Shown: positions 1 to 8,409 of the stretch, piece after piece | Layout: the number at the start of each line of letters is the position of its first letter | Position numbering within the stretch: position 1 is the stretch's first letter | Virus record (IMG/VR): IMGVR_UViG_3300035208_003217 | From: a virus | DNA: 64,000 bases | Reading direction: 5' to 3' (one strand) | Program-made: the position numbers and the translations under genes | Notes under the pieces: model-generated | Database searches by the model: none | What the model was told of the DNA's origin: nothing | The model's input: the letters and a program-made list of their open reading frames with translations, nothing else

Positions 1-44
1 AAAAATTTAAGGTTATTGATAATCCTGCTACTCATTTTAGAAAT

Positions 45-1376
45 ATGTATTTTAACTTTCTATTATCTGATATTGCCGGATTAAGTCCTCATCGCGTTGA
101 TATCTATGGATCTTCTCTTGTTGATATTATTTATAAAAAAGCAGATTTTATTGAAGCTCGAAATGAAGGATTGTTTGGATCTACATGGACAGGAAATGAA
201 TTGGGTAATATGCTTGATGGAGTTAATAAAAAGAAACTTGACTATTCAAAGATAAAAATAAATGATAAAACAGGAATGTATAAAGTTGATTTTAAAAGTC
301 GTTTAGGTGATTCAGTTTTTAATATAATGTCAAAATTAAAAGATGTGTATGGAAAGGTTCAAGGAAATTTAGGAGCACTTTATGAAGCAGAAGAACAATG
401 GAATAAATTATCTTTATTTAAGTATGCCAAATATGATTTAGGAATGGAAATAAAAGATGCTGTTAGTTTTGCTAAAAAATGGGGATTAAATTATCAAGCT
501 GTTACTCCTTTTTTTGCCAACTTATCACAGAAATGGTATGGAATTCCTTTTATTAGATTTCAATTACTTGCTGCACCTAGAATACTTGAAGCATCTATAA
601 CAAGAATGGCAACTATTGCTAAATGGATACTTATCATGACATTTCTCGAAGAACAAGCAAGAAAGAAATTAGGATTAACAGAAGAAAGACTAAAAGGAAT
701 AAAACAAAATTTATTTCCGAAATGGATGCAATCAGGACTTTATATTTTGTATCCAGAACTTGATAAGTATGGTCAATATCAATTTATGGATTTATCATAT
801 ATAGTTCCTTTCGTTCAGGATGTTAAAGCATTTAATCCAATGAATTTTGTATTTCAAAATCCTGGAGTACAATATGCTGCCGCTATTATATCAAATAAAG
901 ATCCTTTTCTAGGTGTTGATATTCAAGATAAAGATGTTGAACCTGGATTATCAGGATGGTTAAAAGCATATAGTCAATACTTTTATAAACAAATTGTTCC
1001 GCCAATTGTTCCAGGAGGATATAATTGGACAAAAATATCAAAAGCAATTCATGATAGTACAGATCTAACCATTGAAGAAAAAGGAGTTCAAATTCAATCA
1101 ATTTCTTCATCAATTGCTGATTCTGTATTTGGTCTTAAATTAAGAGCGTTTAATCCTACAAAACAACAAGAATTAAGACTTAAAGAAGTTAAAGCAGAAT
1201 ATCAAGCATTGATTCAAGAAGTTAAAAAATTAGGAAAAGGATGGGAACCATATACTCGTTATACAGAAAAACAAAAATTGAATAGACTTGAATTTTTAGC
1301 AAATAGAATAAAAGAAACAATGATAGAAGGAGGAAAAATAACAGGAGTTGATATAAGCACATTACAAGAAGAATAA
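45..1376 (+). CDS. hypothetical protein
   Basis: 443 aa ORF at the window edge with no motif I can recognise. It is the only rightward ORF in the left 30 kb. Confidence 0.5.
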   Translation: MYFNFLLSDIAGLSPHRVDIYGSSLVDIIYKKADFIEARNEGLFGSTWTGNELGNMLDGVNKKKLDYSKIKINDKTGMYKVDFKSRLGDSVFNIMSKLKDVYGKVQGNLGALYEAEEQWNKLSLFKYAKYDLGMEIKDAVSFAKKWGLNYQAVTPFFANLSQKWYGIPFIRFQLLAAPRILEASITRMATIAKWILIMTFLEEQARKKLGLTEERLKGIKQNLFPKWMQSGLYILYPELDKYGQYQFMDLSYIVPFVQDVKAFNPMNFVFQNPGVQYAAAIISNKDPFLGVDIQDKDVEPGLSGWLKAYSQYFYKQIVPPIVPGGYNWTKISKAIHDSTDLTIEEKGVQIQSISSSIADSVFGLKLRAFNPTKQQELRLKEVKAEYQALIQEVKKLGKGWEPYTRYTEKQKLNRLEFLANRIKETMIEGGKITGVDISTLQEE

Positions 1377-1484
1377 AATAAAAAGGCGCCCAAAAAATTG
1401 AGCGTCTTTTTAAATAGCATAATTAGTCGTGACCGATTATTCGTACTTAAAATTACGGTTAAAATTTTATTACGGAAGCTATTG

Positions 1485-1556
1485 TGCGAGTAGAGAGATT
1501 CGAACTCTCGTATCCTGCTTGGAAGGCAGGCGGACTAACCACTATCCTATACTCGC
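1485..1556 (-). tRNA. tRNA-Gly (anticodon UCC)
   Basis: The reverse complement folds as a cloverleaf. Acceptor GCGAGTA pairs with TACTCGC, the D-stem is GGAT/GTCC, the anticodon stem is CCTGC/GCAGG around loop CUUCCAA, and the T-arm is GAGAG-TTCGAAT-CTCTC. Length 72 nt. Confidence 0.8.
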
Positions 1557-2074
1557 TATTTAAACCATTTATAGTATTCCATTTGCTCATTTCCTTCATG
1601 GATAATATGAATTGGTAGTCCTAATTTTAATCTATGAATATTATAAAGTATACGACCAACTCTTCCATTACCATCAATAAATGGATGTATATTTTCAAAT
1701 ATTATATGAATTTGCTTAGCTTTTTCTTCTTTATTAAATTTTCCTCTTGCTAACATTTCAAAACAAATTTTCATTAATAAATCAGATTTAATAAGATCTT
1801 CACTTATAAAAGGTTTAAGTTGTCCTCCAATATAAACATTACAATTTCTAATCTTTCCTGCTATCTCTGGATTAATATGTCTCATTAAAAGATAATGAAT
1901 CTTTAAAATATATTGAATTCCAAACTTTTCATCTTTATTAAGATAAGCCCATTCCCAGGCATTTAAAGCATCTTCTCGAGCTAATTGACTATATTCTTGC
2001 TCAATACAATTTGATTGCCAAATAAATTCAATTACCTGTTTATTAAAATCATTAATTGTTTGTTTCTTTTTCAT
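1556..2074 (-). CDS. fic: Fic family protein (putative AMPylase, Fic/Doc fold)
   Basis: Carries the canonical Fic active-site motif HPFIDGNGRVGR, matching HxFx(D/E)GNGRxxR. 172 aa. Confidence 0.85.
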   Translation of the reverse strand: MKKKQTINDFNKQVIEFIWQSNCIEQEYSQLAREDALNAWEWAYLNKDEKFGIQYILKIHYLLMRHINPEIAGKIRNCNVYIGGQLKPFISEDLIKSDLLMKICFEMLARGKFNKEEKAKQIHIIFENIHPFIDGNGRVGRILYNIHRLKLGLPIHIIHEGNEQMEYYKWFK

Positions 2075-2075
2075 A

Positions 2076-2231
2076 TTATTTATCTTTCTTTATTGTCCAA
2101 AATGAATTATGAACTTCTAGTTGTTTTTTAGCAACTAAAAATATAGTTGGAGACATATGAAGCTCAAGAATTTCTCCTTTTTTACAATGTTTTCTTGCCC
2201 ATTCTTTATAAAATTCTTTAACTTTTTTCAT
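2076..2231 (-). CDS. small ORF (51 aa) directly upstream of fic
   Basis: Translated by hand as MKKVKEFYKEWARKHCKKGEILELHMSPTIFLVAKKQLEVHNSFWTIKKDK. It ends 1 nt before the fic start. No (S/T)xxxE(G/N) anti-Fic inhibitory motif is present. Confidence 0.3.
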   Translation of the reverse strand: MKKVKEFYKEWARKHCKKGEILELHMSPTIFLVAKKQLEVHNSFWTIKKDK

Positions 2232-2279
2232 AATCTTCAAATTAAGTGTCAAAAAATCTAAGAGTCAAAGTCTAAGGAA

Positions 2280-2555
2280 CTAAAAATCAAGTTGCGGGGA
2301 AACAACGCGATGACGATACTCGCCATCCCAGACATCGCCGAGCCCGAGGCGACGCACGCTGACAGCCAAGCCATCGGAGTGCACGTTCACGTAGACCACA
2401 AAATACTCACCATTCTCTATCTGATAATCGTGATTAGGCAAACCAATTTTTCCAAATGACGGCATTAACATTTCTTTGGTAATTTTATCCCAAGCTCTAA
2501 ATTTTATTTCTCTCATATAATTAAAGGCTATTGCCTTGTTAGTTATTACCCACAC
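2280..2555 (-). CDS. YopX-like phage protein (paralog 1)
   Basis: N-terminus MREIKFRAWDK, the hallmark start of YopX-family phage proteins. The C-terminal 40 aa are encoded by a GC-rich segment shared with the ORF at 3221..3862. Confidence 0.55.
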   Translation of the reverse strand: MWVITNKAIAFNYMREIKFRAWDKITKEMLMPSFGKIGLPNHDYQIENGEYFVVYVNVHSDGLAVSVRRLGLGDVWDGEYRHRVVSPQLDF

Positions 2556-2727
2556 AATAAATTAAGCCAGTACTTTCATTATACTCGCTGGTCATTCCAG
2601 CCTCAACACATTGTTTATGAACTTTAATATTACTCAAATTTATTTCTTCATTATATTGCTCAAAAGATTTACAGCCAGTTAGTAATAATGTCGAAATTAG
2701 TAGAACTAATAATAATAATACTCTCAT
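2539..2727 (-). CDS. small lipoprotein
   Basis: Signal peptide followed by lipobox LLLTG-C (MRVLLLLVLLISTLLLTGC). 62 aa. Confidence 0.5.
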   Translation of the reverse strand: MRVLLLLVLLISTLLLTGCKSFEQYNEEINLSNIKVHKQCVEAGMTSEYNESTGLIYCVGNN

Positions 2728-2739
2728 ATAATTAAAAGT

Positions 2740-2835
2740 TTAGTTAATTAAACCTTTTCTTTGTAAATAATAAGTTAATAATATAATTACTATTCCTATA
2801 GCAAACCAAATGATTGGAAATAGTTTATTTTTCAT
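2740..2835 (-). CDS. small hydrophobic peptide (31 aa)
   Basis: Hand translation MKNKLFPIIWFAIGIVIILLTYYLQRKGLIN. It is preceded by the same conserved leader motif as the ORF at 2539..2727. Confidence 0.3.
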   Translation of the reverse strand: MKNKLFPIIWFAIGIVIILLTYYLQRKGLIN

Positions 2836-2870
2836 ATAATTAAAGGCTATTGCCTTGTTAGTTAAATAGG

Positions 2871-3149
2871 CTATTTATTAACATATCCTAACCAAAGTAT
2901 CTGACTTATAGCATCCCAAAATGGTTTAGTAATTTCTAAATCAGATGCCCCTCCACTGATAAAATTCTTCTCTCTCCAGCTAGATAATATTTCTCTTTCG
3001 CCTGAACTTACTTTTGCTGGGTCAATATTTTGACGGTTCATTACGCAATATTGAATATAGGGCATTAGTCTTAATTCATACTGCGTTATTTCGTATCCCA
3101 ATAAATCACTAGATACTTTTTTTATTTCCTTTGTTAATTTTCCACGCAT
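2871..3149 (-). CDS. hypothetical protein
   Basis: 92 aa ORF with no recognisable motif. It is preceded by a leader-motif variant. Confidence 0.45.
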   Translation of the reverse strand: MRGKLTKEIKKVSSDLLGYEITQYELRLMPYIQYCVMNRQNIDPAKVSSGEREILSSWREKNFISGGASDLEITKPFWDAISQILWLGYVNK

Positions 3150-3220
3150 ACTTTTTATATCGCCTTAATAGGCTGTTAGTTATTAAGTGTCCAAGGCTCA
3201 AAGAGCCAAAGACAAAGGGT

Positions 3221-3862
3221 CTAAATATCAAGTTGCGGCACGAAAACGCGATGACGAAACCCAGCATGCCAGACACTGTCGTGCTCGAGGCGATTCACGT
3301 AGACAGACAAGCCATCGGAGTACACGCTCACGAGGACCACAAAATACTCACCATTCTCCTTGATTAAGAAAAAGTTATACCAGTTTTGGCCCAATTCTTC
3401 TTTATGGTTTTTACAGAACTCGATTATCTGTCCTTGAGTCATTACTAACTCATCTAAAGAATTATAGTTAAACCAACTAAAGATGTCTTCAAAAGTTCCG
3501 TCTTTAGTAATCTCATAAACGCTAACTTTAGTTTCTTTAGATGAAGTTTTAGAGTTTAAATTCCAGTTCTTAAAATCACTGTCAATCCAGTTTTTAAAAG
3601 TGTCCTTAGCTTCGTTTATCAAAGCACCTTTTAATTTTGGTAGGACAATGTCTTTTTTAATAAGTTCTAGGCCAGTGTCCTCTACTTTAGGTTGAGGTTT
3701 TTCTGACTCGTTGATAGGCGGATTATCGGTTTCTATAATTTTAGTCATCTTCGCCAAAGCCTCAGTTTCATTTTCGGCACTTAAGGCTATGATGACATTT
3801 CTTTTTTGAGAACCAAATAGCTCTTCAGAAGTTTCTAAGATGTATAATTTTTTGTCGCTCAT
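3221..3862 (-). CDS. protein with YopX-like C-terminal domain (paralog 2)
   Basis: The C-terminal EYFVVLVSVYSDGLSVYVNRLEHDSVWHAGFRHRVFVPQLDI is homologous to the C-terminus of the ORF at 2280..2555 and is encoded by the same GC-rich module. It has an extra 130 aa N-terminal region. Confidence 0.5.
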   Translation of the reverse strand: MSDKKLYILETSEELFGSQKRNVIIALSAENETEALAKMTKIIETDNPPINESEKPQPKVEDTGLELIKKDIVLPKLKGALINEAKDTFKNWIDSDFKNWNLNSKTSSKETKVSVYEITKDGTFEDIFSWFNYNSLDELVMTQGQIIEFCKNHKEELGQNWYNFFLIKENGEYFVVLVSVYSDGLSVYVNRLEHDSVWHAGFRHRVFVPQLDI

Positions 3863-3877
3863 ACTTATTATAGTTAA

Positions 3878-4042
3878 TTATTTTAATATTTTAATTTCTA
3901 TCTTAACTATTTTAGTATTTATTTTTTTGACTTTTTCAAGATAATACTTTAATGACCAACAAATAGCTCTGGTCATACCCAAATTAACAAGAGCATTATT
4001 TTCTTTGCTTATCAATCCCCAAGCCTTTATAGTTTTAGACAT
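3878..4042 (-). CDS. small ORF (54 aa)
   Basis: Hand translation MSKTIKAWGLISKENNALVNLGMTRAICWSLKYYLEKVKK.... It is preceded by the leader TAACTAACTAAACTAAT-ATG. Confidence 0.3.
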   Translation of the reverse strand: MSKTIKAWGLISKENNALVNLGMTRAICWSLKYYLEKVKKINTKIVKIEIKILK

Positions 4043-4052
4043 ATTAGTTTAG

Positions 4053-4256
4053 TTAGTTACATTTTGAATAATCTAAACAATCATAATCTTTACTGCCGTT
4101 ATCATATTTATGACTATCTATATTATCAACTCCACACCTTTCTACTGCCCTATCATAACTTTGCTTAGCATTACAAAGTTTATCATCACCATAGCAACAT
4201 CCAGTGGCTAATAATAGTATTCCAATAAAACTTGTTAACAATAATATTTTTTTCAT
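4053..4256 (-). CDS. small Cys-rich lipoprotein
   Basis: Signal peptide with lipobox LLATG-C, then a Cys-rich mature part. 67 aa. Confidence 0.5.
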   Translation of the reverse strand: MKKILLLTSFIGILLLATGCCYGDDKLCNAKQSYDRAVERCGVDNIDSHKYDNGSKDYDCLDYSKCN

Positions 4257-4279
4257 ACGATTTATTAGGCTTAAAGCCT

Positions 4280-4429
4280 TTAATTATTATCTGCTTTCTT
4301 TTGTAATCTTAATAATCTTCTATGAACGAGGCATACTCTAGCCAATTCTCCGTGATAACTTTCAGTATATTTTGCTTCTTCATTACAATGTGCTGGTCCA
4401 TATTTAAATTCGCAATATTCTTTAGACAT
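4280..4429 (-). CDS. small ORF (49 aa)
   Basis: Hand translation MSKEYCEFKYGPAHCNEEAKYTESYHGELARVCLVHRRLL.... It has the same upstream leader as the ORF at 3878..4042. Confidence 0.3.
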   Translation of the reverse strand: MSKEYCEFKYGPAHCNEEAKYTESYHGELARVCLVHRRLLRLQKKADNN

Positions 4430-4439
4430 ATTAGTTTAG

Positions 4440-4634
4440 TTAGTTAATTGGATGAATCAAATTACCATTTAACCAAAGGTCTACTGGTTCTTTACAATTA
4501 ATTATTATTTCTTTTTTTATACTTTCTGATTTTACTTTAACAAACCACTGAAAGTTTAAAAAACTTTTTCTTTTATATGTTTCTTTAAACACTTCATTCC
4601 CATAAATATATTCTCTTGGTACCGTTGTTGACAT
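4440..4634 (-). CDS. hypothetical protein
   Basis: 64 aa ORF, tightly packed within the leftward operon. Confidence 0.4.
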   Translation of the reverse strand: MSTTVPREYIYGNEVFKETYKRKSFLNFQWFVKVKSESIKKEIIINCKEPVDLWLNGNLIHPIN

Positions 4635-4635
4635 A

Positions 4636-4929
4636 TTATTTTTTAGTAAATTTAGGAATTAAATCATTAAATCTTCTCGCCCTAAACATTGTTCTTATTT
4701 CTTTTGGTAGAGGAACAACTGTAAATATTCCTCTTTTTCTATCTCTTTCTACGAATGTTCCAAATTCAATCTCGTGAATTAATCCGCAGTCACAACATTT
4801 CATCAAGTATGTTTCATCTGGATTGGGATATATCCACTCACTATAACCACCTTTGCCAGCTTTATGTTTCTTAAAATTTAATCTTTTCTTTGCCTCATCT
4901 AATGACATTTTATCTGACATTGTATTCAT
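4636..4929 (-). CDS. hypothetical protein (CxxC-containing)
   Basis: 97 aa with MKCCDCGLIH. It is preceded by the conserved hairpin leader. Confidence 0.45.
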   Translation of the reverse strand: MNTMSDKMSLDEAKKRLNFKKHKAGKGGYSEWIYPNPDETYLMKCCDCGLIHEIEFGTFVERDRKRGIFTVVPLPKEIRTMFRARRFNDLIPKFTKK

Positions 4930-4953
4930 AACGATTTATTAGGCTTAATGCCT

Positions 4954-5331
4954 TTAATTATTATTTAATAGTTCAGGATTTTCATAAATATTGCCTATTA
5001 CTTTTGAATGAGAATAAAATCTATTGTTCTTTCCGTGCTTTTTATCAGCAATCAAAAATTGCAAATGTTCAAAACAGATTTGTCCAAGCTCATCGTATTC
5101 ATCATATTGATTGGTTTTGACAAAATGAGTTTTTACAATATCCCCCTCATAAATCTCTTTGCCATTTTTATCTTTAAGGCCAGTGTATTGTTGCCAATAT
5201 TCAAAATCGTCATTTAGATATTGCCCCTCTCTGTAGATATGAGGGCTGTGATTATTTATTCCTGGGAATAACTGAAAGTAAACAAATCTTTCTCCTCTTT
5301 TATCCCATGCTCTAAATTTAATTTCACGCAT
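4954..5331 (-). CDS. YopX-like phage protein (paralog 3)
   Basis: N-terminus MREIKFRAWDK, as in the ORF at 2280..2555. Confidence 0.55.
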   Translation of the reverse strand: MREIKFRAWDKRGERFVYFQLFPGINNHSPHIYREGQYLNDDFEYWQQYTGLKDKNGKEIYEGDIVKTHFVKTNQYDEYDELGQICFEHLQFLIADKKHGKNNRFYSHSKVIGNIYENPELLNNN

Positions 5332-5518
5332 ATATTTAATTTAATTATTATCAAAATGTAGAGGAGATTGGCTGGGAAATCTTTAATTAACTTTATATTC
5401 CCAAGCATTTCACTTCGCCCAAGGTATTTGTCGTTGCCCCGACACAGCATTGAAACAAACTTCTTACCAGCGAAATTAAGATTATTAGCAGTGAACTTGC
5501 TACAATCCCCACTACATT

Positions 5519-5704
5519 TTAAGAACGATTTATTTTTTTATCACACCTTACACAACATGCTCCCACTAATTTTCCAAAAGTAGTATATAGATGATACCAA
5601 AGATGATTACAATATATTTTTTCAACAATATATCCTTGACTACAAATATAACAAATACCAGATGTAGTATTACATTCTATTTTATGACATTGAGAACATA
5701 ACAT
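5519..5704 (-). CDS. small Cys-rich protein (putative zinc ribbon)
   Basis: 61 aa with several CxxC-like pairs (CSQCHKIEC...CYIC...CCVRC). Confidence 0.4.
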   Translation of the reverse strand: MLCSQCHKIECNTTSGICYICSQGYIVEKIYCNHLWYHLYTTFGKLVGACCVRCDKKINRS

Positions 5705-5708
5705 ATTA

Positions 5709-5906
5709 TTAGCAATAATTATAAATATTAGTATTTATCAAACAAGGATTTGGTGACCAATAAATACAAATTATAATAAAATTAAATAAAGTAAAAATAA
5801 ATAATAAAATAGTTATTAAATAGAACCAGTTTCTCTGATGTTTAGTGGTATTTTCTACTATTTCATTTATTAAATTATTTATTGGTAAATTAATATTTTC
5901 TATCAT
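5709..5906 (-). CDS. small membrane protein
   Basis: 65 aa with a hydrophobic segment (FYLITILLFIFTLFNFIIICIYW). Confidence 0.4.
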   Translation of the reverse strand: MIENINLPINNLINEIVENTTKHQRNWFYLITILLFIFTLFNFIIICIYWSPNPCLINTNIYNYC

Positions 5907-5929
5907 ACAATTATTGTTTAATGATTTAA

Positions 5930-6061
5930 TTACTTATAAACTTGTCCAGTAATATACTGGTAAAAATTTCTAAATCCAGTATCACTTCCGACTGTTCTAT
6001 ATATTTCATAATAATCTCTTAATACCTCACTCAATAATTTTTTAAATTCCTCTTTTGTCAT
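5930..6061 (-). CDS. hypothetical small protein (internal start MTKEEF)
   Basis: The ORF-track entry 5930..6139 overlaps the upstream gene by 74 nt. The internal Met at 6061 removes the overlap. Confidence 0.35.
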   Translation of the reverse strand: MTKEEFKKLLSEVLRDYYEIYRTVGSDTGFRNFYQYITGQVYK

Positions 6062-6065
6062 ACAA

Positions 6066-6344
6066 TTATTGTTTATAGTTAGATAAGACTTTTTTAACTT
6101 TTTCAAGACAACGATTGAACCCAATATCAAATTGTTCACAACCTCCCTGAAAAATGTCTTGGTCTACTTTTTTCATTTCTTTATTATATTTTTCTCTCTC
6201 TTTCGGCAACTCCTCCTCTATACTGGTGATAAGAGATAGTTTGTGTTCTTTAACTAAATAACTTAACATTAAAAATCCGTGAGTTCCTTTTTCAAAGTTC
6301 AATAATTTAAGATATTTTTTAATTATCTTTTTTTCGTTTGTCAT
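6066..6344 (-). CDS. hypothetical protein
   Basis: 92 aa ORF. Confidence 0.45.
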   Translation of the reverse strand: MTNEKKIIKKYLKLLNFEKGTHGFLMLSYLVKEHKLSLITSIEEELPKEREKYNKEMKKVDQDIFQGGCEQFDIGFNRCLEKVKKVLSNYKQ

Positions 6345-6367
6345 ATTATTGATTTATTTTTAATCAG

Positions 6368-6440
6368 CGCCGAGTACTGGATTCGAACCAGTGTTGACCG
6401 TTTTGGAGACGGTAGTCCTAGACCACTAAACGAACTCGAC
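6368..6440 (-). tRNA. tRNA-Trp (anticodon CCA)
   Basis: The reverse complement gives acceptor GTCGAGT pairing with ACTCGGC (one G-U pair). The anticodon stem is ACCGT/ACGGT around loop CUCCAAA, and the T-arm is ACTGG-TTCGAAT-CCAGT. Length 73 nt. Confidence 0.75.
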
Positions 6441-6465
6441 TATGCTATTATTATAGCATTAAATA

Positions 6466-7281
6466 TTATAAAGTAAAATGAACATCTTTATAATCTACAC
6501 GTAATTTTGCTTTCGGAGATCCTAATTTTGTAATAGGAAGATTTTTTGATTGAGCATAAGTATTGTCCCATCTTAAGTAACTTCCTGTTAATACGGCGTA
6601 GCATTTATTTTCTACTACCATATGACTTCTTAAATCAATTTGTTGGGCCATAACAGGTTCAGCGGCAATAGAATGAACATGACCCATAGCTACTATATCT
6701 GCTTTAATCCAGGCAAGGATATCCATAATAGCTTTTAATTTTGTATGCTTGAATTTTGAACCTGAACTTCCATGAGTTGTATACATTGTATAATTTTGTT
6801 TACCAACTTTTAGAAGATTCCAACAACTATATCCTAAATATGGAATATTAAGAAATTTACACATTAATTTAGTAACATTTATAGAAGTCGTTTTAAGAAT
6901 ACGATCTTCATGATTACCTTCATGCAGTCCAATTATCAATCCGGCATCAGCTAATGGTCTTAATAATTCAATTACTTCATCCATTTGTTTTTGTGGATTT
7001 AATTCTTGTTGATATACACTATCTCCAACTGAATTAATAAGACCTGCTTCAATATAATCTCCCATTCCAATAATATATGATTTATTTTTAAGAGCCCAAT
7101 CAAGAAATCCTTTTGCTTTTTTAATATCACATTCAGGATGTCCTAGATGTAGATCTCCAAAGAATAAAAGTTCAACATAATTATCTTTATTTGGAATTAA
7201 TTTAGCACGATTTAATCGAATAGGTCTTCCAATAATCTTATCCTTTTTAAGATTATTATGAATAAACTTTTTTGTTTTCAT
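6466..7281 (-). CDS. calcineurin-like metallophosphoesterase
   Basis: Metallophosphatase motifs GDLHLGH, GMGDYIE and GNHEDR. 271 aa. Confidence 0.7.
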   Translation of the reverse strand: MKTKKFIHNNLKKDKIIGRPIRLNRAKLIPNKDNYVELLFFGDLHLGHPECDIKKAKGFLDWALKNKSYIIGMGDYIEAGLINSVGDSVYQQELNPQKQMDEVIELLRPLADAGLIIGLHEGNHEDRILKTTSINVTKLMCKFLNIPYLGYSCWNLLKVGKQNYTMYTTHGSSGSKFKHTKLKAIMDILAWIKADIVAMGHVHSIAAEPVMAQQIDLRSHMVVENKCYAVLTGSYLRWDNTYAQSKNLPITKLGSPKAKLRVDYKDVHFTL

Positions 7282-7285
7282 ATTA

Positions 7286-8200
7286 TTATTGTTGAATTCC
7301 TCCAGTAGTATTTACTGGAATTGGACCATACATATTATTTGGAACAAAGACTCCATTCCATTTTTCTGCTTTAATTTTAGCAATTTCAAGTTCCATCTTC
7401 TTTAATTCAATATCCCAGTTAACAGCTACTGATTGATTGTATTTCTTAATACCTTCGCCTTCTAAGGCTTTAGCATCAGCATTTAATTGAGCTGCGGCTT
7501 TTTCTCCTTCAGCAACTGTAATGGCAATTTGCTTTTGAGCAGTAGCTTGAACTACACCTTTTTGAGCTTCTTGTTCTGCCATCAATTTTTCCTGTTCTTT
7601 CTGTTTAACCTGTTGGCTACGATTCATAGTTTCTTTAATTTGAGCATCAAAATCATCGGACCAATCGTAGTTAATAATTTGTAGTTCAGTTACTTCAATT
7701 GGATAATTAATTAATTTTTCTTGTAATCTTTTGAATACATTTCCTCTTACTTGATCTTGCATCGTTGCTAATTCAAAAATAGTATAATTACCTATCTCTG
7801 CTTTAAAACTTTCTTTTAATGTTTGACCAATAATATCTCCTATTTTTTGAGTTCCATATTGACTATACATCATTGGTAACTGATCTGGCTTAAATTTATA
7901 GAAGATAGTCATATCAGAACCAATAGTTTGATTGTCTTTTGTAATAGCACCACTACCTCCAACTGGAACATTTTGATCGAGTTGAATTGGTTGAATACTA
8001 ATTTTTTTAACTTTCTGCATAAAAGGAACTTTTGTATGTAATCCTGGTTCAATAATTCTATCACTAACAGCACCCCAATTAAATAATAGTCCCTTTTCGT
8101 TTGCTGATACTTTATAAAATGGATTCAATAAGGCAAGCAAGATAAATGCTATCAACGAAATTACAATCCACTTTACATAATTAATCTCTTTTTGTTCCAT
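7286..8200 (-). CDS. SPFH/band-7 (prohibitin/HflC-like) membrane protein
   Basis: N-terminal transmembrane helix, a band-7 core, and a C-terminal Ala/Gln/Glu-rich coiled coil (QEAQKGVVQATAQKQIAITVAEGEKAAAQL). Confidence 0.65.
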   Translation of the reverse strand: MEQKEINYVKWIVISLIAFILLALLNPFYKVSANEKGLLFNWGAVSDRIIEPGLHTKVPFMQKVKKISIQPIQLDQNVPVGGSGAITKDNQTIGSDMTIFYKFKPDQLPMMYSQYGTQKIGDIIGQTLKESFKAEIGNYTIFELATMQDQVRGNVFKRLQEKLINYPIEVTELQIINYDWSDDFDAQIKETMNRSQQVKQKEQEKLMAEQEAQKGVVQATAQKQIAITVAEGEKAAAQLNADAKALEGEGIKKYNQSVAVNWDIELKKMELEIAKIKAEKWNGVFVPNNMYGPIPVNTTGGIQQ

Positions 8201-8409
8201 ACTTTTTTTGTTTCTTTTTATTATTCTTAAATGATTTGGAAATACGATTCCATAATAACAATAATAATAAGAAAATTATTATAAATAAAAATGGCTCAAA
8301 TAATATTTTCATATTTTATAAACAAATTATAATTAAAGTAATAATTGCTACTAAGATTGGAATGATATGAACTGCACAAAATCTTTTTGATTGAATTGTT
8401 AATTTCATA

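Noticed and set aside
886-1113. Numerous 60 to 130 aa ORFs on the strand opposite to long genes. Examples: 886..1113, 3131..3367, 5008..5217, 7487..7684, 12302..12520, 14223..14411, 16066..16314, 19568..19768, 20257..20737, 24194..24394, 26895..27077, 32416..32652, 33342..33524, 35297..35695, 38999..39316, 39371..39571, 42242..42442, 44545..44745, 50510..51175, 56155..56361, 57370..57582, 60713..61327, 63592..63789.
   Set aside because: These are shadow ORFs in an AT-rich genome. They lie inside better-supported genes on the other strand, and their translations are Ile/Leu/Phe/Asn-rich with no motifs.
1380-1420. Possible rho-independent terminator after the first ORF (AAAAAGGCGCCCAAAAAATTGAGCGTCTTTT).
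   Set aside because: GGCGCC...GAGCGTC do not form a convincing stem. Only the T-run is present.
2076-2231. Interpretation of the 51 aa ORF upstream of fic as a canonical anti-Fic antitoxin.
   Set aside because: It lacks the (S/T)xxxE(G/N) inhibitory motif. I kept it only as an unassigned small ORF.
5256-5450. 64 aa minus-strand ORF overlapping the start of the YopX-like gene.
   Set aside because: It overlaps the better-supported gene 4954..5331 by 76 nt and extends into the GC-rich non-coding gap. It is probably spurious.
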